From: Emiliania huxleyi CCMP1516
Taxonomy: Eukaryota
DNA: 64,000 bases
Direction: 5' to 3'
Assembly: GCF_000372725.1 (NCBI RefSeq)
Contig: NW_005201249.1
Coordinates: 148,198 to 212,197 of the forward strand
Numbering within the stretch: the first letter of the stretch is position 1; each line of letters opens with the position of its first letter. Below, piece after piece: positions 46,101-57,771 of this stretch. The position numbers and the translations under genes are program-made. The notes beneath the pieces are model-generated. The model did not search any database, had not been told where the DNA came from, and saw nothing but the letters and a program-made list of their open reading frames with translations.

Positions 46101-46326
46101 GTACAGGTGCCGGTGGCGGCAGAGAAGGAGGCGCAGGCGGAGGCGGAGGCGGAGGCGATGGCGGCAGTGCAGGCTCCGCTGCGGAGAGCTGCCGGCCAGC
46201 CGCGCGCTCGCGCTCTATCCGCCTCTCCTCGAGGAGCCGCTGGATCAGAGCGTCCCTCTCACGCCGGCGTCGCTCCACGTCGGGCTGCGCTGCTGCAGGA
46301 GGCTCTTGCGAAGCGTTGGCTAGCAT
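43167..46326 (-). CDS. Coiled-coil protein with repeated (CT)F-x-P-x-I/L motifs (possibly microtubule/cilium-associated); interrupted by a gap and a Kelch copy
   Basis: FAPRINARSREL, LCTFRPEL, LFTPSISEAT, HPFAPRID, TFAPRLS, GCTFAPT, TVPCPFSLS across several exons. Confidence 0.6.
44495..44700. other. Assembly gap
   Basis: Run of N. Confidence 1.
44701..45140 (+). repeat. Inverted, apparently identical duplicate of the Kelch gene 3' end and 3' UTR (38256-38695)
   Basis: Same translated sequence APLLTARDTFGLALAAGKLYAVGG...SFGLVSL and the same downstream 90 nt. Confidence 0.92.
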
Positions 46327-47010
46327 TTTCCGCGCGTTCTGGCCCGTTATTCCATGTTCACAGCGTCTTCGCGAACTGGCACAGAAGGTTCGAGACGGCA
46401 CGGATCTTGTGCTCCTATGCGCGGGTAGGATTGAGTCCTGTCACGGCGATCTGCTGAGGAAGGGGATCCTAGCCGAAGCGGCGCAACTCGAGGCCACCAG
46501 CAAGAGGAAGCCGCGCTCCGACAAGGGCAAGCCGTCGAAAACCGCCCCCTTTAATTCATTGCGGCCGCGGGTGGTTGCTCGGATTACTTTTCCTCCGAAG
46601 ACATACTAGTTTTTTGGCGTTCTGGTGCCTCCAAAAAATGTCCGAGATCCCATGGAGCTAAAAAAAAGGTTTGCGGCGGTCACTGTCCTACCAGCGCGGG
46701 GCAGAGTGGGCCGCGGACCACACGTGTGACGTGAAGGACCTTAATTCCTTCTCTCCAGAGAGAGCCCATCTCTTGGTTCTGTCCACCCTTAGGGTGCCCT
46801 CTCGAGATCTCGCCGGGGGGTTCTGCTCCAAGAGACCTCGATAGTGCGTCCGTGTGTTTTTGCTCGTTAGGACGTGTGTGCCCGCCGCTTTTGTATTATT
46901 AATTATACACCATCTCGGCGGCCAAAAAGCCTGGACCTGAGAGTGGGAGTCAGAACGAGGGTGGGTCCACAGAAGAGGGTACACCGTACGCAGAGGCCGG
47001 AGGGCCGCCT

Positions 47011-48456
47011 TCAGCCCTGCCCGTTGGAAGGGAAGGTCTTGATCGCCGCGCGCGCCATCGCCCTCTCGAGCACGCCGTTGCGCCGCCGGAGCTCCGCCAC
47101 CTCCTCCTGCAGCCGCGCCAGCTCCGCCTTGAGCGAGCGGGCCTGCAACGGGTCCTTCGTGGCGGCCAGCACCCGCGCCGACACCTCCTCGAGCGCGTCG
47201 TCGTCGACCTGCCGGCCGAGCGACTGCACCACAAAGGTGTCCTCCACGCGCCGCTCGTCGAGCGACGACGAGCGCGCGTGCATCTCGACCACCCTGCAGC
47301 CGGCAGAGGCGAGCGCCGCCGTCATCGAGGCGAGCACGCCTGCTCACGACAGCGAGTGTGCGTGGCCTGATGGGTTGTCAACGCCGCCGTCGTCGAAGCG
47401 AGCTCTGCCGTCGATGTCGGGCCCGCGCACCTGTTCACGGCTGAGCGCTGTGAAGAGACGCTGGCCCGCGCCTGCACCCCATCTCCAACGGCGTCGCACC
47501 GTGAGGGTCGTCGCGTCGGGCCTCGCCGTGTTGTCCGCGTGCACCTCGAAGCCAAACTCGTCGAAGCTCCCGTCGAGAGCGCCGCTCTTGAGCGTCGACG
47601 ACCGCTCCTAATTAATCAAATTAATATTACATTAATTGATTAATTCATTAATCGCTCTTGAGCGTCGACGGCCGCTCCTGCTCACACACCGGTGTGCCAG
47701 GTGACGGGCGGCCTCCTCAGCCGCTCTTCTCGAGAGCGCGCTCCGTGTCGATGAGCAGCAAGTTGACGAGGCCGAGGCAGCAGCCGCTCACCTGGCGAGG
47801 AGACGCGCTGCCGTGAAGACACCCGAGTCCCGTGAAGAGACCCTGCCGCGAAGACCGCCGGGAAGGCAGCCGCCAGAATGGTTGCCGACTACAGCTGCGC
47901 TGACGATGGCTACTGCTCGCGCTGCTGATGTTGCTGGCGCTGCTGATGGCTACTGCTCAGCTCACCACTCCAACCAGCGAGCCGAGCAGCGCGACCCGCT
48001 TGACGAGCGGCAGCTTCCGCTGGTCGAGGGAGAGGCCCGCCGTCGGCCGTAGCCCGGCCCGCCTCAGCATCGCCTCGAGTGTGCCGCCAAAGAGCACGCC
48101 GGCCGAGTCGGAGCAGACCTGGCCGAAGGCGGCGGCCTATCGCAGGGCTTCCACGCACACGTCACGCTCCGTGTGGCTGGTTCTGGCCAAACGCGGAGTG
48201 CCGTGAGGGTGGAGAGGCCGAAAGACACGCCGAGGGTACAGTCGATTGCGTTGCCGGCCTGGATCATCACCGTGTTGTCCATGAAGCCGAAGCCAACCAT
48301 TGGCAGCGCGGACGCGATGAAGTGCCGTTTGAGCTGCTCCGCCGTCGGCCGCTCGGTCTCCGCCTCTGCAAACGCCGCCCTAGAGCTGCAGCGCCTTCTT
48401 CCGACCAGGCGCCTTCTGCCGACCAGGCGGGCGGTGGCGAGCCGAGCGCGGAGCAT
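47011..48456 (-). CDS. TMEM65: TMEM65-family membrane protein fused to an ACT-like domain and coiled coil; probable mitochondrial presequence
   Basis: Arg-rich leader MLRARLATARLVGRRR; FIASALPMVGFGFMDNTVMIQAGNAIDCTLGVSFGLSTL..AAFGQVCSD; then TTLTVRGPDIDGVLASMTAALASAGCRVVEMHA...EDTFVV. Confidence 0.85.
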
Positions 48457-49499
48457 GCAAGTCGGAGAGCAGTTCACTGTGGGGCGTGGCCGGTACTTTC
48501 ACGGCCCAAGGGTGGGGGGATATGGTCCCTCGGCCCTCCCTCTACTGCCGCCGCCGAGCCCGCAGCGCCATGAGCTAGGAGCACGCGCCCGTGTCGCGGA
48601 GCTGCTGGAGCGGCTCCACGCTCCACTCGCCGTCACCCTTCTGGTTGCGGAGCGCCTCAATGTCGCGCGAATCAACATAGCCGTCGTTCAGAATGCGGCA
48701 AGATCTCAAACGCCAGCCGTCCAAGTTGGTTGACCTTTGTGTTGCGCTCCTCCTTATTTGCGAGGTTACGCATCTCGGTGACCAGCGCGAGCAGCGATGC
48801 CTTGGTGCAGCGCCAGCAGAGAGTGATGATCTCCCGCGGATGATTTGAGCACGCCCGTTGCTGCCGTGCCGTGATAATGCTCAAGCAGCAGCTGCAAGAA
48901 CCGGGCCTTGCAGCCAGACTCTAAGAAAAAGGGTCCCTCTCGCTCGTCGTCATCGCTCTAGTCTGGCGCGCCCGCAGGCCCCGGCGGAGCCTAAGGCGTG
49001 TTGCCGAGAGCAACTCCAATAACTCCGGAGCGAGAACACGACCCCATAGGCATAGCGCGGGGAGGTCCACCTTGGGCTCGGCACCGGCTTTGCTTGGGAA
49101 CACTCTCCATTGAAGCGCGTGGCTTGTGCTCCGTTTTGCCACCATGTTATTATTGATCGTGAAATCAAAACTAGCACCTCGCCTCTCGAAAACAAAACAA
49201 ATCTCTTTCACAGTCCATGGCGCCCGCTGCTGCCGCCGACCCCAACCGAGCGCAAGCCGGCAGCAAAGAACGTGTGGCAGTGCTCTGCAAACGAGGCGAC
49301 GGGGCCTCGACGGCTAGCGTCGGCCTCGCCCCCACGTGGGGAACGCTCGCCGCCTCATTCGAAGAGCTCCAGGAGTTCTTCGACGCCTTCCCCGAGAAAG
49401 ATGAGCGCGCTCTCGATCGGTCCGGGGCGCGGGACGCGGAAACGCCACGCGGGGACCGTCGCTGGCCGCCTCGGCCGCCCGGGCAGGCGGAGCCTCGCC

Positions 49500-49812
49500 A
49501 CCGCCCGATCGCGCAACCTCAGTCGCGGCGGCGGGCCGCGCCGGTGGAGGAGGCGCCAGTAGTCGTCGGTGGTCAGCTCGACCATCCGGCTGAAACCGTG
49601 GTCAAACGTGTCATTCGCTGCCTGCAGCCCATCCCGCTCTGTCGGGCAAAGGCAGGCGACCATCCCTCCAGTCGGAGTGGCGACCACGTACCATTTTAGC
49701 GGCGGTGGTTTGGCCGGAGGCGGCGGCGCCTTGCGGCAGAGGGGGCAGCGCAGCGAGCGGTCGGCGTGAGCGCACCGCGTCACGCAGTGGTGGCAAAAGC
49801 TATGCCCGCAGC
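49500..49812 (-). pseudogene. RING-finger (C3HC4) gene fragment lacking the first Cys pair
   Basis: GCGHSFCHHCVTRCAHADRSLRCPLCRK followed by a short globular segment. Confidence 0.6.
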
Positions 49813-49816
49813 CTGC

Positions 49817-50470
49817 ATGCCGCTCAACCGCGAGACGGGTGGCGCGTCCGGCATCGCGTTTGTCGAGTTTGGTTCGCCCGAGCTCGTCGCCGCCGCCGCG
49901 CGGCTCAACGGGGAGGACCTGATGGGCCGCTCCCTCAAGATCAACGTCGCGGAGAGCAAGCCCGACGCCAAGAGGCAGCACAGCGCGCCGCCGCCGCGGC
50001 CGCCGGCCGCCGCCGCTGCCAGGCAGTCGCCGCCGCGGAAGCGCCCGCCGCCGCCTCCCCCGCCACGCCGTTCGCGTTCGCCGCAGCGGCGCGACCGCTC
50101 GCGCGGCCGTGAGCGCGGCCGCGACCGCTCGCGCAGCCGCGACCGCAGGGATCGCGACCGCAGCCGCGGCCGCAGGGGCCGCAGCCGCAGCCGCAGCCAC
50201 GACCGCAGCCGCAGCCGCGATGGCAGGGGCCGCGACCGTAGCGACCACAGCGACGGCCGCGAGCGGCGCGAGCGTAGCCGCGAGCGCGTGAGAGCGTCTG
50301 CGAGCAAGTCGCGCTCGCGCTCGCCGGCAGACGGCGACGACGAGAGGTCCTCCAGCGAGGAGCGCCGCCCGCGCCGCCGCCGACGCGACCGTAGCCGCAG
50401 CCCTCCCTCTCACAGCAGCGGGCGGCGCAGCAGCGACGGCGGCAGCTACGGGGTGTGGACCCTGAGTTGA
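49817..50470 (+). pseudogene. 5'-truncated RRM + RS-domain (SR-like) gene
   Basis: MPLNRETGGASGIAFVEF...LNGEDLMGRSLKINVA has RNP1 but no RNP2, followed by a long RS/RD tract. Confidence 0.7.
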
Positions 50471-51507
50471 CCAGGGGTTGTGCGCTGGGCCCTCCTGCTC
50501 GGCTCCAGCCAGTAGACAAGTCTTGTCACTAACAGAGTAGATGGATCTGACCTCGGGGCCGATGTGACCAAGCGCTGGTACCGTGGTTTTACCTCCCACC
50601 CATGGTCTCACAGTGTGCCGGCCGTCGCCGAGCAGTGTCGCTCACACAAGCCGCAGCACAAGTGACTGAGGGCCAGTGAGGGCGAGCCCATCGCTGTCAC
50701 AGCTGTGGCAGCCGCACAGTAGGCTGTGTCACCTGTGCAAGAGTGTGTGAGCAGCAGAGGAGCTGCTCTCCAGGCTTCTGTCGCAAAGAGCTGCATGCCA
50801 CCGAAAGCGCTGTCGAGGTTCGCCGAGCGCGGCGAAATCGAGGGACACCGCCACCGACGAGCGCGTTGGACTTTTCACTCCGGACAAAGACCGCTGCACA
50901 GCGGATGGTATGGGCCGTGCAGCGGTCATAGCGGCGAGGCGCGGGACCGTCTGTGGCGAAGTGGGTCGCGTCCCTCGATTTCCTCAACTCACGGTCCGCT
51001 CCCTCTAGCGCGAGCGCACGACTTGAGAGCTGACACACTTGGCTTCGCGAGCGGGCCACGTTGCACGGCCGCGGCGCACGGACTTCGCACCAGCGGCCAG
51101 TCCAGGCTCCAGCCCGCGGTGCAGCGGCACTCGACAGACTCGTCGAGGGTGGGGCTGTGGACGCCGTGGCCGTGGCAGGAGGAGGGGGAGGCGGGAGCTG
51201 CACATGTCCAAACCCTTTTATTTCACGTTCAGCAAGTAATGCGACGAAGCTTGTTGTGCGCACGCTCCCCTCTGCCTCACCGAGGCTCACCCTCCCCGAT
51301 CTACGACCCCAGCCGCCCGGCCGCTGGCCGGGCCGGCGCGCGATACGCCTCGCCTCGCAGGCAACTACGCCGGCGCGCCTCTCTGCTGCGCATCCCCTGC
51401 CCCAACTCCCTAACCCCCAACCACGCCTCTGGAGACCGCTCCAGAGAAGGCGCGCCGCGCACAGCACACCGCTGCGCGAAAGCCCCCATACCGCCGCCTC
51501 CACCGAG

Positions 51508-54500
51508 TCAGGGCACCGCCCCGCCTCCAGAGCCGTCGCCCACGGTGGTTGCCGTCGCAGAGCTGCGGCGGCTGATCTTGAGGACGAGCCGGCTGCCGTG
51601 CTCGGCGATGCTGGCCGAGAGGCGGCTCATGCTGGCGACGCTGCCCGACCGAGCGGGAGTCGCGCCGAGGTCCTTTGCCAGAAGCGCAAGCGACACCTGC
51701 GGAGCGGAGCGCCCTGGCTGGTGAGTGTACCGCCGATGCGCAAGGCAAGATGTGGAGAGAGACAAAGCGCGCGCCGGGTGGTGGCGCCCCGGGAAGCACG
51801 AGCGTGCCAGGCTCTTGTAGAGTCCGTCGGCGATGAGCTCCTACAAGGAAGGGCACGCGTATGGGGGGAGATTGAGGCGCCTGAGATTGAGTGCATCATG
51901 ACCCCAACCCCGGCCCGCTCCTGCGGCGTGACTTCGAAAAACCTCGAGAACTGGCAGCCACCGCGGTCCGGGTCGTTCTCGTGCGCCATGACGATCGGCA
52001 GCTTGTCCTCGCGCGCCTGCTTGACCTGCTCGGCCAGCCGCGCGTCGCTGACGAAGCTGTCCTCGTTGAGGTAGAGCAGCATGTGGGTCGCTGGCCCAGG
52101 CGCCTCGGCGGTGGAGACGGTGAGACCGGCAAAGGCGGTGGCGATCTCGTCGGCCAAGACCTGTGCGCCCGCGTTGGCCGGCGAGGCCCAGAGGAGGGTC
52201 TGTTTGGCAAAGGCGAGCGACTGCCTCTCGGGCTCGCCCGGCACGAAGAGCGGGAGGGAGGTCTGGTTCAGATAGTTGGGCGAGCAGAGGAGCACAGCCT
52301 ACGGTTCAAGGGTGCCGGGGCTGAGGTCTCGGGGGGGTGCGAGAGGACTGCGGCTGGCTGTGACCCGCTGCGCCTCGACGATGGTCTTGAGGGAGACGCG
52401 TTGAAACTCTTTGATTCGCATCCAGATGGTGTGCGTCAAGCCCTGTTCAAAGATGGCCGGCCGCAGGTCCTCGGGGCATTCGCCGCGCAGCGCCTGCAGC
52501 GTCCCCCCGCCCTTGGCAGGGTCCGCCTCTTGGACGAGGACGATCGGCTTGGTCTGCTCGAGCGACGAGCGGATCTCGCGGAGACAGTTCTGGTGGCACG
52601 CAAGCAGGCGGGCGGTGAGCCGCGGGGAGTGTCGAGGGGCGCAGCTCAGACTCGGGTGCGTTGAGAGCCAGAGGATACCGAGCGCGGGACAGGGCGGCGA
52701 GAGCGCGCCTGAGAGCGGAAGTAGCCACACGAGAGGAAGAAGAGGATCATTTGCGTGCGCTGGATGTACTCCTCCAGCGCCCCAATATCCTTGAGATCAT
52801 CCACCTGTGAGGACACGATGCGCGGTCAGAGGCGTTGTCGCCGTACGCAGAGCGATGAGCAGTCACTGTGTGCGCGCGTCTAGAAAGATCTTGAGGCCCG
52901 GCAGCAGCAGCTGCAGCTCGCCCTTGATGACCCCGACGGTGTCTTGACCGGTCGACCTACATGGTTAGGGGTGGAGCTGGATCGTGCGGTCTGGATTCCA
53001 CCCTCCCTAGCTGCGTGACTCACCAGATGTGCGAGAGGAACAGGTGCCACGTGAGGCCGGTCACGATGCTCAGCTCGGGGGGCTGCTTGGTCGAGACGAG
53101 ACGGATCGTGGGAACCTTGGCGACGCGGCGGGCGGCGACGACGGCGCCGATTAAGAAGAAGACGAGCACGACTGCAACGAGGCCGATCATCGTGTCCACG
53201 ATCGCATTGAGGCTCCGGAAGCCGAGGACTGCATCGGCGTCATCGATCCCTGAGCGCTCCTCGATGCCGAGGAAGACGGTGCTCCAGTTGGTGCCGAGGA
53301 AGAGGACAAGGAGCACGAGGCTCGTGGCGACGGCCAGCACGTTGTCCTCGACCCGCTTGTAGGGCCGCACGACGGCGAGCACGACAGCGTAGAAGGAGCA
53401 GACGAGGATCGCCACCACGAGGCGAAGGAAGGCGTTTATCTCCGGGATCAGCAGCACGAAGCCCGTCAGCACGAGCTTGCGTGCCAGCTCGACCGCCTCC
53501 CACCAGCACCAGGTCTTATTGTACTCGCGGTGAAGGAAAGCGGTGGCCCGCGTCAGCGCATTCGGCGACTTGGCCTTCAGCGAGTTGTAGCAAGCGGCGA
53601 GGAGCGACGTGAAGAGGACCAACGAGCCAACGGGCCAGAGGACGATGCAGCCGATGGCGAGATTCTTGATGAGCCCGTGATTCTCGGTGCCGCACTCGAC
53701 GCTCGCATCCTGCCGCATGTAGGAGACCTGCTCCAGGCGCTCGTTCGGCGGAGAGATGGTGTAGGCCTATCAGCAGAACAAGGCCTGAGGGGCGGGGTTG
53801 TGAGCAGCGGCTGTCATCAGCTGGAGCGCCTGGCAACTCCACGCGCGGAAGATGGAGGCGCTGATGGAGGGCACGAAGCAGAAGATTAGGAAGAGGCCGG
53901 CCGGCGTAAGGTCAAGAATGCCGAGGGCCGCCTCCGCGTACAACGATCCCTCGCGCGGCGCCGGCGCGGCACGCCAGCGGAGGAGCCGCAGACTTATTCC
54001 CGATCCCATCAGCAGTGCGATGAGGGCGACGGGCGAGAGAGCGACGGCGAGGAGCCGCATACCGTAGCCGAGGCACTGCTCTGGCAGAATGAAGTCCGAC
54101 CAGTTTATGGGAGATCACGTTGGCCAGCTTGTCGGTCCAGCCCGTGTACTTGTCCGGCAGCCGCGCAGAGTAGGTGGAGGACAAGACCGTGCTGATCTGG
54201 TAGAAGCCGAACAGGATCTTGAGCTTGGCCGTCATTCCGCCCCCGACGTAGTACTTGACGGAGCGGTCAGCAAAGCGGAGGAGAGGGCCGATGAAGGTCT
54301 TCTTCCGCCAGGCCGTCATGCTATAGGCCCACGCCGCCAGGCCGCACGCGACGCAGAGGCCGAGGCCGATGCCGGCGATGCGACCCGCTGCTGCGTCGCG
54401 CGGAGCGCACTCCTTGCACTCGTCGCCGTCGACGAGGTAGTGATTCTCCGCGGCGCAGAGCTGGCACTCGGGGCCGGTGAAGCCAGGAGCGCAGTACTCG

Positions 54501-57500
54501 TCCAAGCCCGCCTCCTCCAAACGGCGAGACGCCTGCTTGGCTCCGCGCTCGTTGCCGGCGCACCGCGCCTCGCCGGCCCTGTCGCCCCCAAAGTCGCGGC
54601 ACGCCGTCAGCACGGCGGAGGAGGGGCTGGCGCGCCAATAGCCGGCTGGGACGCCGATGGTCGCGAGAGCGGTGTTGTCCGAGCACTCGGCGCTTGGCGG
54701 GCAAGGCTTGCAGTAGTCGGTCGGGGAGGAGAAGATCTCGATCGGGTCGGCGCTCTGGAGCAGGTAGAAGTCCTTCTGGCAGAACGAGCAGATGACGGCG
54801 CCGCGCTCACTACTGAGGGGGTAGGGGCAAGGGACGCACTGGCCCTGGCCGGGGTTGGCGGCGTACGTGCCTGCGGCACACTCGCTGCAGGCGCTGCTGC
54901 CGACGCCAGAGGTGGTGCCGGGCTCACAGCGCTCGCACTTGGAGAGGCCGGCCGTGGCGGCGTAGCTGCCCTTGGCACACGGCGTCTGCTGCGTGGCGCC
55001 CGTGGTGGCGAAGTGGCCCGGATCGGCGTCGGTGCACTCGCTCGCGCCGGTCGCGCCCTGGTAGGAGCCCTCGACGCACAGCTCGCAGACCTCGTTGCGC
55101 GTGCCGCGGGCGAAACTGCCCGCGCCGCACGCCGTCTGCTCGGTGGCGCCCCGGGCGGCGATGTAACCCGGATCGGCGGGCGCGCACTGCGACGCGGCCG
55201 ACAGGTCCGTCTTGTCCGAGTAGGAACCGCCCTCGCACGGCAGCGGCCTCGACGCGCCCGGCTCGCAGTAGCTGCCTTTCTTGCAGTCGCGGCAGCCCGT
55301 CGCGCCCATGTCGTTCTGGTAGGAGCCAGCAAAGCAACGCTCGCACTTGGAGAGGCCGGGCGTGGCGGCGAAATGGCCGGGCTCACAAGGCTCGCACGTC
55401 TCGCTGCTCACCGCCCCTGGTGCCGCGCTCGCCGTGCCGATGGGGCACAGCTCGCACGCCGCGCTCGAGCTGGAGCCTCTGTTCGGGTTGAAGCTGCCCG
55501 CGGGGCAAGGCTGCCAGACAAGGCGCGAGGCGGCGCCCGCGTCCTCGCAGACGCCGCCCGTCGGGCAAGCCTCGCATGCGGCGCTGCCGACGTCGGGGGA
55601 GAAGGAACCCGCGGCGCAAGGCAAGCACTCCTCCTGGCCGCTCTCTGGCTGGTACTGGCCGGGGGCGCAGAGGAAGCAGTCCGAAATGTTCGCCGCCCGC
55701 TCGTTGGGCATGTGGGTGCCGGCGGGGCACTTCTGTGGGAGGACGGATCCCTTCGGGCAGAAATGGCCGGGCCAGCAGGGGCCGCTGCAGTCGGAGGTGA
55801 AGTGGTCCGACGCGTTCCCGTAGTTACCCTCGGCGCAGAGCCTGTTGCAGCCGGACAGGTCGCCGATGATCTGGCCGACGTTCGGCATCCAAGATCCGAG
55901 CGGGCAGTCCCACATTAGAGGCGAGGCGGCGAGGATCGCGATGTTGCCTGGCGCAGAGTTGCCGAAGAAGGTCGTGTTGCGGAGGATCGAGCCGGAGGTA
56001 GCGATGCGGGAGGAGAAGAAGAGTGCAGCGGGGGTTCCGCTCGCGATGCTGTCGACAAACTGCGAGTTGGCGAGAGCTAGGCGCTTGATGCCATTGAGAT
56101 AAAGAGCCTACAAAAGAAAGAACAGGGTCTGGTCTCCCGCTTCAGTCTCTGCACCCTCTTGTGGAGGGGGCGCGCGGCACCGCTTGAACGTGACTCGTGC
56201 AACGGACAAAGCGGGCGCTCTCCAGCGAGACGTCGCCGCTGTTCTCCACGCTCATACCTCCTCCCCACTGCGCAAGTTGGGGCGGGAAGGCGTAAGCGGG
56301 GAGGGCGAGAGAGCGAGAGAGGGCGGGCAGGGCCCAGAGCGGCCCTTTTGGGGAATGCGTCCCCCGTTTGCCGAACCATGTCCCTCTGCCTTCTTCTCCC
56401 GCGGCGATGGCGTGCGAGCGTGCGTGTGCGGGGGAGGCGAGCGTGCGTGTGCGGGGGAGACGCACAACAGCCGTGCATTCGCTGAAGCTGGCGCCGTCCA
56501 GCGAGACGACGCCGCTGTTGAACACGCGCATACCTCCTCCGTACTGCGCGAGTTGGGGCGGGCAGGCATGAGCGGGGAGGGCGTCAGGCGAGAGGGGGGG
56601 CATCCACAGCATTCCAATGTGGCGAGGGCGTGCGGGGCCGAGCGGTGCGTGGGAGAGAGGAGCGGCGCACCTCGGTGGCCTCGCAGCCCGTGAAGGACAC
56701 GTCCTTCGTCGCAATGTCGCCAGCGCCATAAGCGCTTACCGCACCGCCATCTTCACCAAACCCGTCCACAAAGTGCAGCGCCTCCAGGTAGAGGCTGCAG
56801 CCGCCTGTGATGAAGAACATGTTGGAGCTCTTCTTGCCGTCGAGCGTCGCGCCTTCCCCGCTGCTCCGGACCGAGAGGTGCATGTCGCCGCTGCACGCGA
56901 CGTTGCTGCTAAAGGCAAGGCGGGCGCCCGGCGGGACATAGACGCTCGCGTTGCGGCCCTGGTCCACGGCCTTGTTGATCTCGTCCCGGACGTCTTGAGG
57001 CGTGTGGGCAACGGCCTCGCCGGGGACGAGCGGGGGCAGCGGCTGTGGCGGGAGCTGCGGCGGTAGCGGCGGCGGAAGCGGCGGCGATGGCGGCGGCGGC
57101 GGCGAGCAATCAATGCCACCAGCAGCAATGCACACTTCAGTAGGAACGTTGTGATAGCATCCCGAAGGTTCACTGCACGCGGGGGCGACGCACTTGCACG
57201 CGACGCATTCGAAGAAGAGAGATTCGCCACATGGATCCCCGTCGTTGTCGCTCCGCTCGCAGTGGTTGCTGTCGTCTTTCAGACGGCATTCGCCGTCTGC
57301 TCCGCCCCCCCACTGGCAGTCGGCGTCGCCCGCCACAGCGTTTCCGTCGCCGTCGCGCGTGCAGCCTGCGCAGCCGTCCGACTCGCTGCAAACACCATCC
57401 CCGTCATTGGCGGTCGATCGCTTGAACGAATGCAGAGGATCCGTAGGAGTCGCAGCCTCAACTTTGCCGACGAGTAGCGCTGCGGCGCCCATGCGGACGG

Positions 57501-57760
57501 CGGCGTCGAACGCCTTCTTGCGCGAGACGAGCAGCACGGAGGCCCCAGCGAGGCCAGCCTCAACAAGCTTCCGCGCCTTGTTTCCTGGCTTCCCAGCGTC
57601 GGCGGGCCGCAACTTGGGCGACGTGTCGTTCACGGGCAGGACGGTGTCGCACCCCCGAGCGATGATCCCCGTCCTGTTGCTGTAGACGGGACCGACAAAG
57701 TCGATCTCGGGCTCGCCCTCGCGCTCCGTGCTGTTGCGCGAGGCCGGGACGGTCTCCAAG
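51508..57760 (-). CDS. Large receptor-like protein: PA-like/Cys-rich region, GGA-type beta-helix repeats, GCC2/GCC3 (ephrin-receptor-like) Cys repeats, multi-TM domain, tandem TIR-like domains; one apparent frameshift
   Basis: More than ten CxxCxxGxY/F repeats (54700-55900); FGFYQI, FLHREY...WWEAVELARKL, RPYKRVEDN. Spliced TIR WHLFLSHIWSTGQD...LKIFLDVDDLKDIGALEEYIQRTQMILFFLSCGYFRSQNCLREI...KPIVLV. Second unit HMLLYLNEDSF...LPIVMAHE. Extra base at 54109-54111. Confidence 0.88.
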
Positions 57761-57771
57761 TCGGCCTCGGC

